Of a DNA stretch of 64,000 bases, positions 1-11,600 are shown piece by piece. The notes under the pieces are model-generated. The model searched no databases. It had not been told where the DNA came from and saw only the letters and a program-made list of their open reading frames with translations. Every line of letters begins with the position of its first letter. Position 1 is the first letter of the stretch. A program made the position numbers and the translations under genes. The DNA is from Felis catus (Eukaryota), in assembly GCF_018350175.1 (NCBI RefSeq), contig NC_058373.1:100876001-100940000 (forward strand), written 5' to 3'.

Positions 1-2578
1 TACAAATTTTAGGATTGTTTGTTCTAGCTCTGTGAAGAATGCTGGTGTTATTTTGATAGGAATTGTGTTGAATATGTGGATTGCTTTGGGTAGTATTGAC
101 ATTTTAACAATATTTGTTCTTCCTATCCAGGAGCATGGAATCTTTTTCCATTTCTTTGTGTCTTCTTCAATTTCTTTCATAAGCTTCCTATAGTTTCCAG
201 TGTATAGATTTTTCACCTGTTTGGTTAGATTTATTCCTAGGTATTTTATGGGTTTTGGTACAATTGTAAGTGGGATTGATTCCTTGATTTCTCTTTCTGT
301 TGCTTCATTATTGGTGTATAGGAATGCAACTGATTTCTATGCATTGATTTTATATACTGTGACTTTGCTGAATTCATGAATCAGTTCTAGCAGTTTTTTT
401 GGTGGAATCTTTTGGTTTTTCCATATGGAATATCATGTCATCTGCAAAGAGTGAAAGTTTGACCTCCTCCTGGCTGATTTGGATGCCTTTTATTTCTTTG
501 TGTTGTCTGATTGCAGAAGCTAAGACTTCCAATACTATGTTGAGTAACAGTGGCAAGAGTGGACATCCCTGTCTTGTTCCTGACCTTAGGGGAAAAGTTC
601 TCAGTTTTTCCCCATTGAGGATGATATTAGTGGTGGGTCTTTCATATATGGCTTTTATGATCTTGAGGTATGATCCTTCTATCCCTACTTTCTTGAGGGT
701 TTTTATCAAGAAAGGATGATGTATTTTTTCAAATGCTTTCTCTGCATCTATTGAGAGGATCATATGGTTCTTGTCCTTTCTTTTATTGATGTGGTGAATC
801 ACATTGATTGTTTTGCAGATAATGAACCAGCCCTGCATCCCAGGTATAAATCCCTCTTGGTCATGGTGAATAACTTTTTTAATGTATTGTTGGATCCGGT
901 TGGCTAATATCTTGTTGAGGATTTTTGCATCAATGTTCATCAGATAAATTGGTCTATAGTTCTCTTTTTTAGTGGGGTCTCTGTCTGGTTTTGGAATCAA
1001 GGTAATGCTGGTTTCATAGAAAGAGTTTGGAAGTTTTCCTTCCATTTCTATTTTGTTGGAACAGCTTCAAGAGAATAGGTGTTAACTCTTCCTTAAATGT
1101 CTGGTAGAATTCCCCTGGAAAGCCATCTGGCCCTGGACCTTTGTTTTTTGGGAGGTTTTTGATTACTAATTTGATTTACTTACTGGTCACAGGTCTGTTC
1201 AAATTTTCTATTTCTTCCTGTTTTAGTTTTGATAGTGTATAGGTTTCTAGGAATTTGTCCATATTTCCTGATTGCCCATTTTATTGGCACATAATTGCTC
1301 ATAATATTCTCTTATTATTGTTTTTATTTCTGCTTTGTTGGTTGTCATCTCTCCTCTTGCATTCTTGATTTTATTTATTTGGGTCCTTTCATTTTTCTTT
1401 TTGATCAAATTGGTTAGTGGTTTATCAATTTTGTTAATTCTTTCAAAGAACCAGCTTCTGGTTTCATTGATCTGTTCTAACGTTTTTTGTGTTTTTTTTT
1501 TGTTTTTTTGGGTTTTTTTTTTTTGGTTTCGATAGCATTAATTTCTGCCCTAATTTTTATTACTTCCTGTCTTCTACTGGTTTTGGGTTTTATCTGCTGT
1601 TCTTTTTCCAGCTCTTTAAGGCGTAAGGTTAGGTTGTGTATCTGAGATCTTTCTTCCTTCTTTAGGAAGACCTGGATTGCTATATACTTTCCTCTTATGA
1701 CCGCCTTTCCTGCGTACCAGAGGTTTTGGGTTGTGGTGTTATCATTTTCATTGGCTTCCATGAAATTTTTAATTTCCTCTTTAACTTCTTGGTTAGCCCA
1801 TTCATTCTTTAATAGGATGTTCTTTAGTCTCCAAGTATTTGTTACCTTTCCAAATTTTTTTCCTGTGGTTGATTTCGAGTTTCATAGCGTTGTGGTCTGA
1901 AAATATGCACGATGTGATCTCCATCTTTTTGTACTTGTTGAGGGCTGATTTGTGTGCCAGTATGTGTTCTATTCTGGAGAACGTTCCATGTGCACTGGAA
2001 AAGAATGTATATCCTGCTGCTCTAGGATGAAATGTTCTGAATATATCTGTTAAGTCTATCTGGTTCAGTGTGTAATTCAAAGCCATTGTTTTCTTGTTGA
2101 TTTTTTGATTAGATGACCTGTCCATTGTTGTGAGTAGGGTGTTGAAGTCCCCTACTATTATGGTATTACTATCAATGAGTTTCTTTATGTTTGTGATTAA
2201 TTGATTTATATATTTGGGTGCTTTCACATTTGGCGCATAAATGTTTACAATTGTTAGGTCTTCTTGGTCTACAGACCCCTTGATTATGATATAATGCCCA
2301 TCTGCATCTCTTGATACAGTCTTTATTTTAAAGTCTAGATTGTCTGATATAAGTATGGCTACTCTGGCTTTCTTTTGTTGATCCATAGCATGATAGATGG
2401 TTCTCCATCCCCTTACTTTCAATCTGAAGGTATCTTTAGGTCTAAAGTGGGTCTCTTGTAAACAGCATATATATGGATTTTGTTTTCTTATCCAATCTGT
2501 TACCCTATGTTTTTTGATTGGAGCATTTAGTCCATTGACGTTTAGAGTGAGTACTGAAATATATGAATTTATTGCCAT
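1..2578 (-). pseudogene. L1 ORF2p remnant (APE endonuclease + reverse transcriptase), frameshifted
   Basis: ORF 1802-2578 carries EN motifs (TLNVNGLN, LQETH, NIYAPN, GDFN, SDHN). ORF 374-1045 carries RT motifs ([21 protein letters not shown]). The protein is split over at least three frames, with breaks near 1855, 1480-1525 and 395. Confidence 0.97.
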
Positions 2579-2686
2579 TATGTTGCTTGTAGAGTTGGAG
2601 TTTCCAGTGGTGTTCTCTGGTCCTTTCTAGTCTTTGTTGCTTTTGGTCTTTATTTATTTGTTTTTTTTTTTTCATCTTTTCTCCCC

Positions 2687-3566
2687 TCAGAGAGTCCCCC
2701 TTAACATTTCTTGTAGCACTGGTTTAGTGGTCACAAACTCCTTTAATTTTTGTTTGTCTGGGAAACTTTTTATCTCTCCTTCTATTTTGAATGACAGCCT
2801 TGCTGGATAGAGATTTCTTGGCTGCATATTTTTCTGATTCAGCACATTGTATATATCCTGCCACTCCTTTCTGGCCTGCCAAGTTTCTGTGGATAGATCT
2901 GCTGCAAACCTGATCTGTCTTCCCTTGTAGGTTAAGGACTTTTTTTTCCCTTGTTGCTTTCATGATTCTCTCCATGCCTAAGTATTTTGTGAATTTGACT
3001 ATGATATGCCTTGTTGATGGTCAGTTTTTGTTGAATCTAATGGGAGTCCCCTGTGCTTTCTGAATTTTGATGTCTGTGTCTTTCCCCAGGTTAGGAAAGT
3101 TTTCTCCTATGATTTGCTCACATAACCCTTCTACCCCTATTTCTCTCTCTTTCTCTTCTGGGACCCCTATGACTCTGATGTTGTTCCTTTTTAATGACTC
3201 ACTGATTTCTCTAGTTCTTACATCGTGCTCTTTTTCCTTAATCTACCTCTTTTTTTCTGCTTCATTATTCTCCATAAGTTTGTCCTCTATATCACTGATT
3301 CTCTGTTTTGCCTCATCCATCCTTGCCTCTGTGGCCTCCATTAGACATTGCAGCTCAGTTATAGCATTTTAAATTTCATCCTGACTAGCTTTTACTTCTC
3401 TTATCTCCACAGAAAGGGATTCTAATCTATTTTTGACTCCAGCTAGTATTCTTATTATCATGATTCTAAATTCTGGTTCAGACATCTTGCTTGTATCTGT
3501 GTTGGTTAAGTCCCTGGCTGTCACTTCTTCCTGCTCTTTCTTTTGGGGTGAATTCCTTCATTTCAT
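2687..3566 (-). pseudogene. L1 ORF1p remnant
   Basis: The minus strand from the ATG at 3566 reads MK*RNSPQKKEQEEVTARDLTNTDTSKMSEPEFRIMIIRILAG and ends TTKPVLQEMLRGTL* at 2687. It has premature stops, and the 880-nt length is not a multiple of 3. Confidence 0.9.
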
Positions 3567-5557
3567 CTTGGAGGGAGAAAAGGAATTAATGAGGTTAAAA
3601 AATTAAAATTAGGGGCGCCTGGGTGGCACAGTCGGTTGAGTGTCCGACTTCAGCCAGGTCACGATCTCGCAGTCCGTGAGTTTGAGCCCCGCGTCAGGCT
3701 CTGGGCTGATGGCTCAGAGCCTGGAGCCTGTTTCCGATTCTGTGTCTCCCTCTCTCTCTGCCCCTCCCCCGTTCATGCTCTGTCTCTCTCTGTCCCAAAA
3801 ATAAATAAACGTTGAAAAAAAAATTAAAAAAAAATTAAAATTAAAAAATTAAAATGAAAAAATATTAAAATTAAACATTAAAAACAAACACACACACACA
3901 AAATCAAATAAATGATACTAGATCCTAGGTGTGGTTTGGTCTGGGTGTTGAAAGGGTCTTGATAGATTAGAGAAAAAAGGGGAAAGAAAAAAAAGGAAAT
4001 CATTTGAAAATTTGAAAAAATGAATACACTGAAGTAGACTAAAATGAAATGATGGAAGTAAAATAGAATTTGAAAAAATTTACACAGAAGTAAAACCTAT
4101 AGTAGAAAAAAATTAAAGAAAAATATTTTAATAAAAGTTGAAAATAAAAATGAATTTTTTCTTTCTGTATTCAAAAAGAAAACAAACAAAAAAGGAAAAA
4201 AAGAAAAAAGGAAATAAAAGAAAAGAAAAACAAAAAAGAAAGAAAATTGAATAGATGGACTGGCTAACAGACTGAAATACGACTTAAATTACTTCGTTTT
4301 CCCCTAGAAGTCAAACTATGAAGCAGTTTATAGTCCATAAGCTAAGCAGGTGGAGAGACTTGCGTTCTGAAGAGCGAGGTTGGTCCAGTTGGGCAGGGTT
4401 TAGTGTAATGGCTCTGTTCTCCACTAGATGGCGCTACTTAGCTTATTGGGGGGGGTTGTTGTGGCGCTTGTAGGTGCGTATGCGCATGCGTGGGAGAGGC
4501 GGAAATGGCGTCAACCAGTTACCCAGCCTCTAGTATTGAACTCTGTCCTGAACCCTGATCAGCAGTCATGCACCTGTCTTTTGTTTTCGGCTTTCGTACA
4601 CTCCCCGCTTTTACAAAGTACGTAACCAAGCCCCAGGCAGCACCTCCCTGCAGAGTTTCGTCTCAGACTCAGATGCGGCTGTTTTTCCCGACCCCTTACT
4701 TCTGAGGGACTGCGGCTTTGACCTGTTCCACCCCTCTGCAGGAGGGTCTTACCGAGCAATGGACGAGTGCCTGCCACACCCAGGAACATTTGCGGAACCG
4801 TGCTGCTGCCCACGACCAGAGACTTGCCGCCAGGTGCCATCCCGCCCCAGAAAAAGTTCACGAGATAGTGTAGCAGCAGCGTTTCAGGGATTATGGAAAA
4901 TCACAACACACATCTGGCACCAGGCTTCACCCCCAATGACATTGTTCCAGCACCAGTGAATGTGGTTGTTCTCCAGGGTCCACTGGGGCCTTGCCTTTGG
5001 GGGACCCACACAGCCTCCACCAGGTGTCCCCTGCTGGGAAGCAGGGAAACCACCTCTCCCCACGTGGCCTGAAGAACCCCGGACCCCACTCTGCTCCTGG
5101 GGATTCACCTTTCTCACCAGAGCACCACCAGGTATTGAGCTGCAGAGTTTCAGACTCTGCGCTCCCCTTGTTTATAATGTTAATGGAATTTAAACTCTCT
5201 CCTTTCTCCTTTCTCCCTTTTTAGTTCAGTCCCTGCGGCTGTTTCCACTTTTCCACTTTCTCTCCAGCTGCTTTTGGGGGGTGTGCTTTTCCCATATTCC
5301 CCCCCCCCCCATCTCCGTCCTCTCTCCGCACACAAAAGCAGGCTACCTGTCCTTCGTGGCTTCTCTCTCCCCCAGTTCATCGATCCGCGCCTCATACCTG
5401 CTGAATTCTGTGGTTCAGGTTGTGCAGATTGTTGTGTTAATCCTCAGGTCAGTTTTCCAGGTGTGCAGGATGGTTTAGTGTTGGTCTGGCTGTATTTCAG
5501 GGAGGAGAGACACACAACAAAACTTCCATGCTGTTCTGCCATCTTGGCTCCTCTCTC
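3567..5557 (-). promoter_or_regulatory. L1 5'UTR / internal Pol II promoter (interrupted by a SINE)
   Basis: YY1 motif CAAGATGGC (GCCATCTTG on + at 5538-5546), a relatively CpG-rich segment at about 4370-5400, then a long T-rich tract (L1 sense) upstream of ORF1. Confidence 0.85.
3612..3828 (+). mobile_element. Young felid CAN-SINE (SINEC_Fc-type) nested in the L1 5'UTR
   Basis: tRNA-derived head GGGGCGCCTGGGTGG, (CT)n tract and AATAAATAAACGTTGAAAA tail. TSD AAAAAATTAAAATTA at 3597-3611 and 3829-3843. Confidence 0.97.
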
Positions 5558-5939
5558 ACAAGGTTGTTTTAATTGAAGTTCAACGCACTAAAATAAGAGG
5601 AAAATAAGGGGAGAAGGTGGCCAAAAGTTATAGTTTAATCTTGTTCCTAAGTCTATATGAATATATTTTGGCATGGTCTGCACTATCATAAAGTACTTTG
5701 TAACATTCAAAGTGAGAGTTGAACAGAAAGGTTTTTATTTTACATGGACTCCTTAATATCTCTGAATCTTTCAGTTTGGAACACTTTGGATTTCTTCAAG
5801 AACCAGTTTTACTACACATCTCACATCCTTCCCAGCTCCTCCAACATTTTATCCCCTTTAGCTTCCTGTAATGATCAGTTGCAGCTACTAACAATACTAC
5901 TTTGTATCTACTTGCTATTTTGTAGTCATGAAATTACTT

Positions 5940-6090
5940 AAAGCATTATCTCATTTCAAATTCAAATTGCTGTGAGGAATGGCAGATATGGTTATTTCCA
6001 TTTGTTAGGTAAGAAATGAAAGCCTGCCAATAAATTCACCTGCCTAAAGATATCCAGTTTAGCCAAATTTCCAGGTCTTCTGATAACAGC
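5940..6090 (-). mobile_element. MIR fragment
   Basis: Degenerate MIR core (cattatctcattt ... ttatttccattt ... aagaaatgaaagc). Confidence 0.45.
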
Positions 6091-6504
6091 CCATTCACTT
6101 TTTCATCCATCCATTCAACCATAATCTTTCTTCAAAGGATCTGAGATGACAGTTTTCCAACTTCACACTCTTCTCTGCACTGTACTACTAGTAAAAAGAC
6201 AGCATTCCCATCCATATAATATCCTTGTAGTATAGCTCCCATAATCGAGCCTAAAGAGAAAATCTCCATTTTACTAGGCTATTAGTTGCAGTAACCTAGT
6301 ACAATTTCTTTCTGGTAGATATGGATGAATTTCATTCTATACTGAATTAGTTTATCCAAACTTTTTTTTCAAGATGTCAAAAAAATGTGGCTTTTCCTAG
6401 TTACTACTGCAAACTAGTAAATTTTCTCTCTGTGTTTTAGGTCAATATGAATGTCTGATTACATTTAGATTATACTCAGCAGCAGATTAAAAACACTGGT
6501 TTCT

Positions 6505-6744
6505 GGGGTACCTGGGTGGCTCAGTTGGTTAAGCGTCTGGCTTCAGTTCAGGTCATGATCTCATGGTTTGTGGCTTTGAGTCCCACATTGGGCTCTGTGT
6601 TGACAGCTCAGAGCCTGGAGCCTGCTTCAGATTCTGTGTCTCCCTCTTTCTCTGTCCTTCCCCCACTTGTGCTCTGTCTCTGTCTCTCTCAAAAATAAAT
6701 TAAACTTAAAAACTTAAAAATAAATATTTCAAATAAAATAAAAT
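6505..6744 (+). mobile_element. CAN-SINE
   Basis: Head, CT tract and A-rich tail. Perfect 16-bp TSD AAAAACACTGGTTTCT at 6489-6504 and 6745-6760. Confidence 0.97.
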
Positions 6745-7129
6745 AAAAACACTGGTTTCTATTCACTATATTGTTCTTTCTACCCATAAGCAACCCAGAT
6801 TTATGTAGATCATTGCTTAATAGGTCATCCCTCTATATTTACTTCCATATTAGGGAAGTGAATCACGTATTTTAAGTTAAATTTCTATTACCCTGACTTA
6901 TATTTAAACTATAGAACACAATTATTAAAAATTTTGAGACAAATTCTGCCACTGTCGTTACCGAAGAGGTGAGGGCTCACTCAGCATCTACCCATAACTG
7001 ACATATGAGGCAGGTGGCATTGAGCAAAGGACACTGGATAAAGCAGGATGATGTATGTAACAGTGACTTGAAAACTATGAAGTTCTGGCCAGACACATTT
7101 GACCATCACTGTTAAGGGAAGGTGACCTT

Positions 7130-7270
7130 GTATAAGGGAAAGTGGATTGGGAGTCAAATGATCTGATCTTGGTAGATTCATCCAACTTCTTTGAGCCTTA
7201 GTTTCCATATGTTCTATGTGTATTTTTTCTACATTAATGTGTGATAGATATAACTTTAAGTCCCTACGGT
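7130..7270 (+). mobile_element. MIR/MIR3 fragment
   Basis: gtggattgggagtcaaatgatctg ... ttctttgagccttagtttcc. Confidence 0.5.
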
Positions 7271-7663
7271 CTTGCAAGTCACTCAGAAGCATCAGTTTTT
7301 ATTATTTTTTAAGTGGCTTTATTCTTTGGGCATTTGTGTTTTTCGTTCTTTACACTCACCAGTCTCCCATCTTAATTCTTCTTATTTGCAATATATCATT
7401 TGTGTACACACAGCTTGAAATTAAACTGATATTCACAAATTATTTACCCACCACTGCCAGAGTTTTCCCAATGATTCAGTTATGAGGGACCTGTGGGAAT
7501 TATTTACTTGTTGCTATGAGGCTGCTTTGTTTACTGAGTTTGCTACTCGGAATTTTTGTCACATTAAGATTACTCATCCAGCCTGCATTACACACAAACA
7601 ATGAATTCTAGGGGTGGCATATTCAATACTCTTCCCTTCTTTACCTTAAAAGTAAAATATTTC

Positions 7664-7790
7664 TGGGTGCCTGGGTGGCTCAGTTGGTTAGGCATTGGAC
7701 CCTGCTTGGGATTCTCTCTGTCTGTGTCCCTCCTCTGCTCATGGTCTCTCTCTCTCGCTTGCTCTCTCTCTCAAGATAAATAAGAAACTT
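7664..7790 (+). mobile_element. Internally deleted CAN-SINE
   Basis: The head is joined at about 7700 directly to CCTGCTTGGGATTCTCTCT. TSD AAAATATTTC at 7654-7663 and 7791-7800. Confidence 0.9.
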
Positions 7791-7814
7791 AAAATATTTC
7801 AAAAGGCTTTTGTA

Positions 7815-10080
7815 GAAGTATTATATACCATGACCAGTTGGGATTTATCCCAGAGATGCAAGGCTGGTTTAACCTCCAAAAATTCATCAATGTAATGTAT
7901 CATTAGAATAAAGGAAAAAATTCACTTGATTATATAAATTGAGGCAGAAAAGCATTTGACAAAATCTCACATTCTTTCATGATAAAAGCACATAACAAAC
8001 TAAGAGTAGAAAGGGACAATCTTAACTTCATAAAGAGCATTCATGAAGAGCCTACCTACAGGTAACATCATGTTTAATGATGAAAGACTATCTGCTCTTG
8101 CCACTTCTATTCACAATTGTACTGGGAGATCTAGCAAAAACAACTCAAAAAGGAAATAAATAAAAGGCATCCAAATTGAAAAGAAAGAAGAAAAATTATT
8201 TCTATTTGTAGGTAATGGCAATCTTGTATACAGAAAATGCTAAGGAATCAAGAAGAAAAAAACAGAATTAATAAGTAAACTCAACAAGGTTGTAAGATAC
8301 AAGATCACTATTCAAAAATCAGCTGAATTTCAATATATTGGCAAATAATCATTCTGAAAATATTAGGAAAAAGTCCATTTATAATAGGATCAAAAAGAAT
8401 AAAATGCTTAGGTAGAAATTTAACAAAAGTACAAAACTTTTATTTTAATAAATGTGAAGCATTGTTGAAAGAATTCAAAGAAGACCTAAATAAATGGAAA
8501 GACATCCCATGTTCATAGATTGGAAGATTTAATATTATTAAGATGGAAATACTCCCCAAATTGATGTACAGATCAACTCAATCCCCTATCAAAATTTCAG
8601 CTAACTTCTTTTGCAGAAATTGATATACAGATCCTAAAATCCGTATAGAAATATGCAAGACCCAGAATGACTAAAACAAAGTTGGAGGACTCATTGATTT
8701 GCTTATTACAAAACAACAATAATCAAGGCAATGTGGTACTCACATAGGATAGATACATAGATCAAGGGAACTGAACTGAGAATCCGGAACTAAACCTTCG
8801 TATTTATGATTTTTGACAAGGGTACTAAGACTATTCAATGGGAGAAATGATCTTTTCAACAAAGTATTCTAGAGCAACTGAATATTCACATGCAAAAAAA
8901 TAAAGTTGGATCCCTCTTACACCATTCTCCAAAATTAACTCAAAATGGATCACAGACCTAAATGTAAGACAGAAATCTATAAAAATATTAGCTGAAAACA
9001 CAAGAATAAATATCCACAATAAATATTGGCTTGGGCAGGGCCTTCTTAGATCTGGCACTAAAAGTACAAGTGATAAAGGAAAAAGATAGATGAATTCGAC
9101 TTCAATCAAAATTAAAAACTTTCATGCTGCAAATGATACTATAAAGAAAGTGAAAAGACAACACATGGATTATGAGACAATATTTGCAAGTCATATGCAG
9201 AATACATGAATAACTCTTACAATTCATTAATAAAAAGATAATTCAAAAACGGGAAAAGGATTTTCAAGGTATTTCTCCAAATACCTTGATACACAAATGG
9301 CAGATAAACACATGAAAAGATGCTCATGACATAAGGGAAATGCAAATCATAACCACAGGAAGATATCCCTTCATACCCACTAGGATGGCTCTAATGCGAA
9401 CACAGATAATAGCAGATTGCCAAAGATGTAGAGAAATTGGAGCTTTCATATATCGCTAGTGCGGATACGAAATGGTGTGGCCACTTTGGAAAACAGTTTG
9501 GCAGTTCCTCAAGAGATTAATCATAGAGTCACTATATTGCCCAGTAATTCTCCTAGCCATATACACAAGAGAAATGAATGAATATGTCCACAAATACCTG
9601 TACATGAATGTTCATAGTAGTATTATTCAAAATAGTTAAAAGCGGAAACAACCCAAATGTTCAATCAACTGATAAATGGATAAATAAAATGATCTCTCCA
9701 TACAATGTGGAATTACTTGGCAATAAAAAGAGAAAATTCTGACACATGCTATAACATGAATAATCCTTGAAAACAAGCTAAATGAGAGAAATGAGTCACA
9801 AAAGACCACACAGTGTATAATTCCACTCATATAAATGTCCAGGATATCGAAATCTATAAATAGAGACAGAAGGTAGATTAGTGGTTGCTTAAGACTGGGG
9901 CAGTTGGTGGGGGTAGGGTGGGAACTGGGAGATGACTGTTAATAGTTACAAAGTCTCTTTTTGGGGTAATGATAATGTTCTAAAATAGATTGTGGTGATA
10001 GTTGTACATCTCAACGAATATACTAAAAACCATTGGACTGTGTACTTTAAAGAAATGAATTGCATTGAATCACATCTCAT
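7815..10080 (+). mobile_element. Old 5'-truncated L1 (L1MB-like): degraded ORF2 RT/C-terminus plus 3'UTR
   Basis: Begins with DNA resembling [15 protein letters not shown] (ccatgaccagttgggatttatcccagagatgcaaggctggtttaac). Also contains aaatggaaagacatcccatgttcat, ccactttggaaaacagtttggcagtt, and the L1MB-type 3' end gataatgttctaaaatagattgtggtgatagttgtac. Confidence 0.92.
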
Positions 10081-11402
10081 TTAAGCCAGGCTGGGGGAGC
10101 CAGATATGGCATGGCCTGGGGGCCAGGTCCCTTCCCTGTTTCTCAGAACCCCCTCACCCCCATCTTCACCCTAAGCTGTCTGACCTGTCCTGGGCTGGGG
10201 AGGGAGGAGGGGAACTTTGTCAGGAGTAAACTTCACTCTGTGGAAAAGCAAAACAAAATGAAAGTGCTTGCACATAAGGCAGATCAGGACAGACTGTCTC
10301 AATTCTACTGATTTGGAGTCCATTAGGCACAGTTTGTGAAACCAAACTTTTTTCTCAGAAAAGCTGAACTTTGGGGTAGAACTTTGGGGACAGGGAAAAA
10401 AAAATGAAAAAGAGATTCCAAATAGCTCAAATAGTCGGGCAAGAGGATTGCCTTGGAGGAAGTACATGGAATTAAGAATTAAGGTGCTTAATGGCTGAAG
10501 GGGATGAGGGAGAGAAGTCTAAAATGGATGTTTGCAAAATAAGCTCCCCAAGACTTTTGAAATTGGGTTTTGAGAAAGAAGAGAAACAAATCCTTTGCTT
10601 TGGAGAAAGTGACGCAGAACGGGAGAGAATAAACATGTGAAGCAAAGGGGAGCCCTTTCTGCTCCTACATTGGCGCGTGCTTCTCCTGGGTCTGTTTCCA
10701 GCTAGATTTACAAGCCATCTCTGTGGCCCCTTCACAAAGACAGGGGTCACTTTGGAAGAGGGATGCTCTGAGAAAATTCCTGGGGAGACTTACTGACACA
10801 ATATTCATAAATACACTTGAGGAAGTACGTCTCATCAGCGACACTTTGAGCGCCCGGGTACAAACTATGGATAGATGTTATGCAAATGCTTGGCAGAAAT
10901 ATGGACTTTCCTTACTTTTAGGCCTATCTGTGGCTTTTTGATACTGTAAACAACTGACACAGCCACAGAGGAGTAGTGTATCTGAAATTGTTTATACAAA
11001 AGAATTCCATCTGTCAGTGTGTTTACAGTTTACATGTGAATGGGCAAAACCTTCATAATGATGGACCCAGCCAAAAAAAAAAAATCTGGGATATGCTGTG
11101 AATAATTGTTTCAACATAGTGTATTGAGAGTTTCCCTCCTCCACTAAGAATCATTTGCTTAGAAATTATGCTCCTTGATGACTCTGTGGTAATTCAATGT
11201 TCTTTAAAGTCAAAGATGGGAAAATTGGGGCTTGCATTTGCTGTCTTTATATGTGAGGTTGTGCAGAGCTCTCTAAAGTTGGGCAAGACAATTGGACCAG
11301 AAAAACGTTTCACTGGAGGCAAGGGCAGATGCTGACTGACACTGGCACCAGAGAGGATGTCCGTTTTAAGAGCATTGAAATATCTTCACCATGAAAGATA
11401 CT

Positions 11403-11600
11403 AATTTTTTTAATGTTTATTTATTTTTGGTAGAAAGAGAGCATGAGCAAGGGAGGGGCAGAGAGAGAGAGAGAGAGTATAGAGAGAGAATCCCAAGCAG
11501 TCTGCACACTATCAGCGCAGAGCAGGGCTTGAACTAACAAACCCTGAGATCATGACCTGAGCTGAAGTCGGCTCAACTGACTGAGCCACCCAGGTGCCTC
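11403..11600 (-). mobile_element. CAN-SINE
   Basis: Reverse-complement SINE. Flanking direct repeat CACCATGAAAGATA at 11387-11400 and 11601-11614. Confidence 0.95.

Larger units (their letters stand above)
1..5557 (-). mobile_element. Carnivore/felid LINE-1 with intact 5' end; 3' part continues beyond the window start; inactivated
   Basis: The minus strand begins AGAGAGGAGCCAAGATGGCAGAACAGCATGGAAG (typical L1 start with the YY1 site). It is followed by a GC-rich 5'UTR, ORF1, a short spacer, and ORF2 EN and RT peptides in the ORF track. Confidence 0.97.

Noticed and set aside
6516..6698. Family of similar short ORFs (MAQLVKRL..., MAQSVKHP..., MAQWVKCP..., MVQSVKRL...) at 6516, 14639, 24229, 53050 and 62994
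   Set aside because: They are translations of SINE bodies, mostly from non-ATG starts, and not a paralogous gene family.
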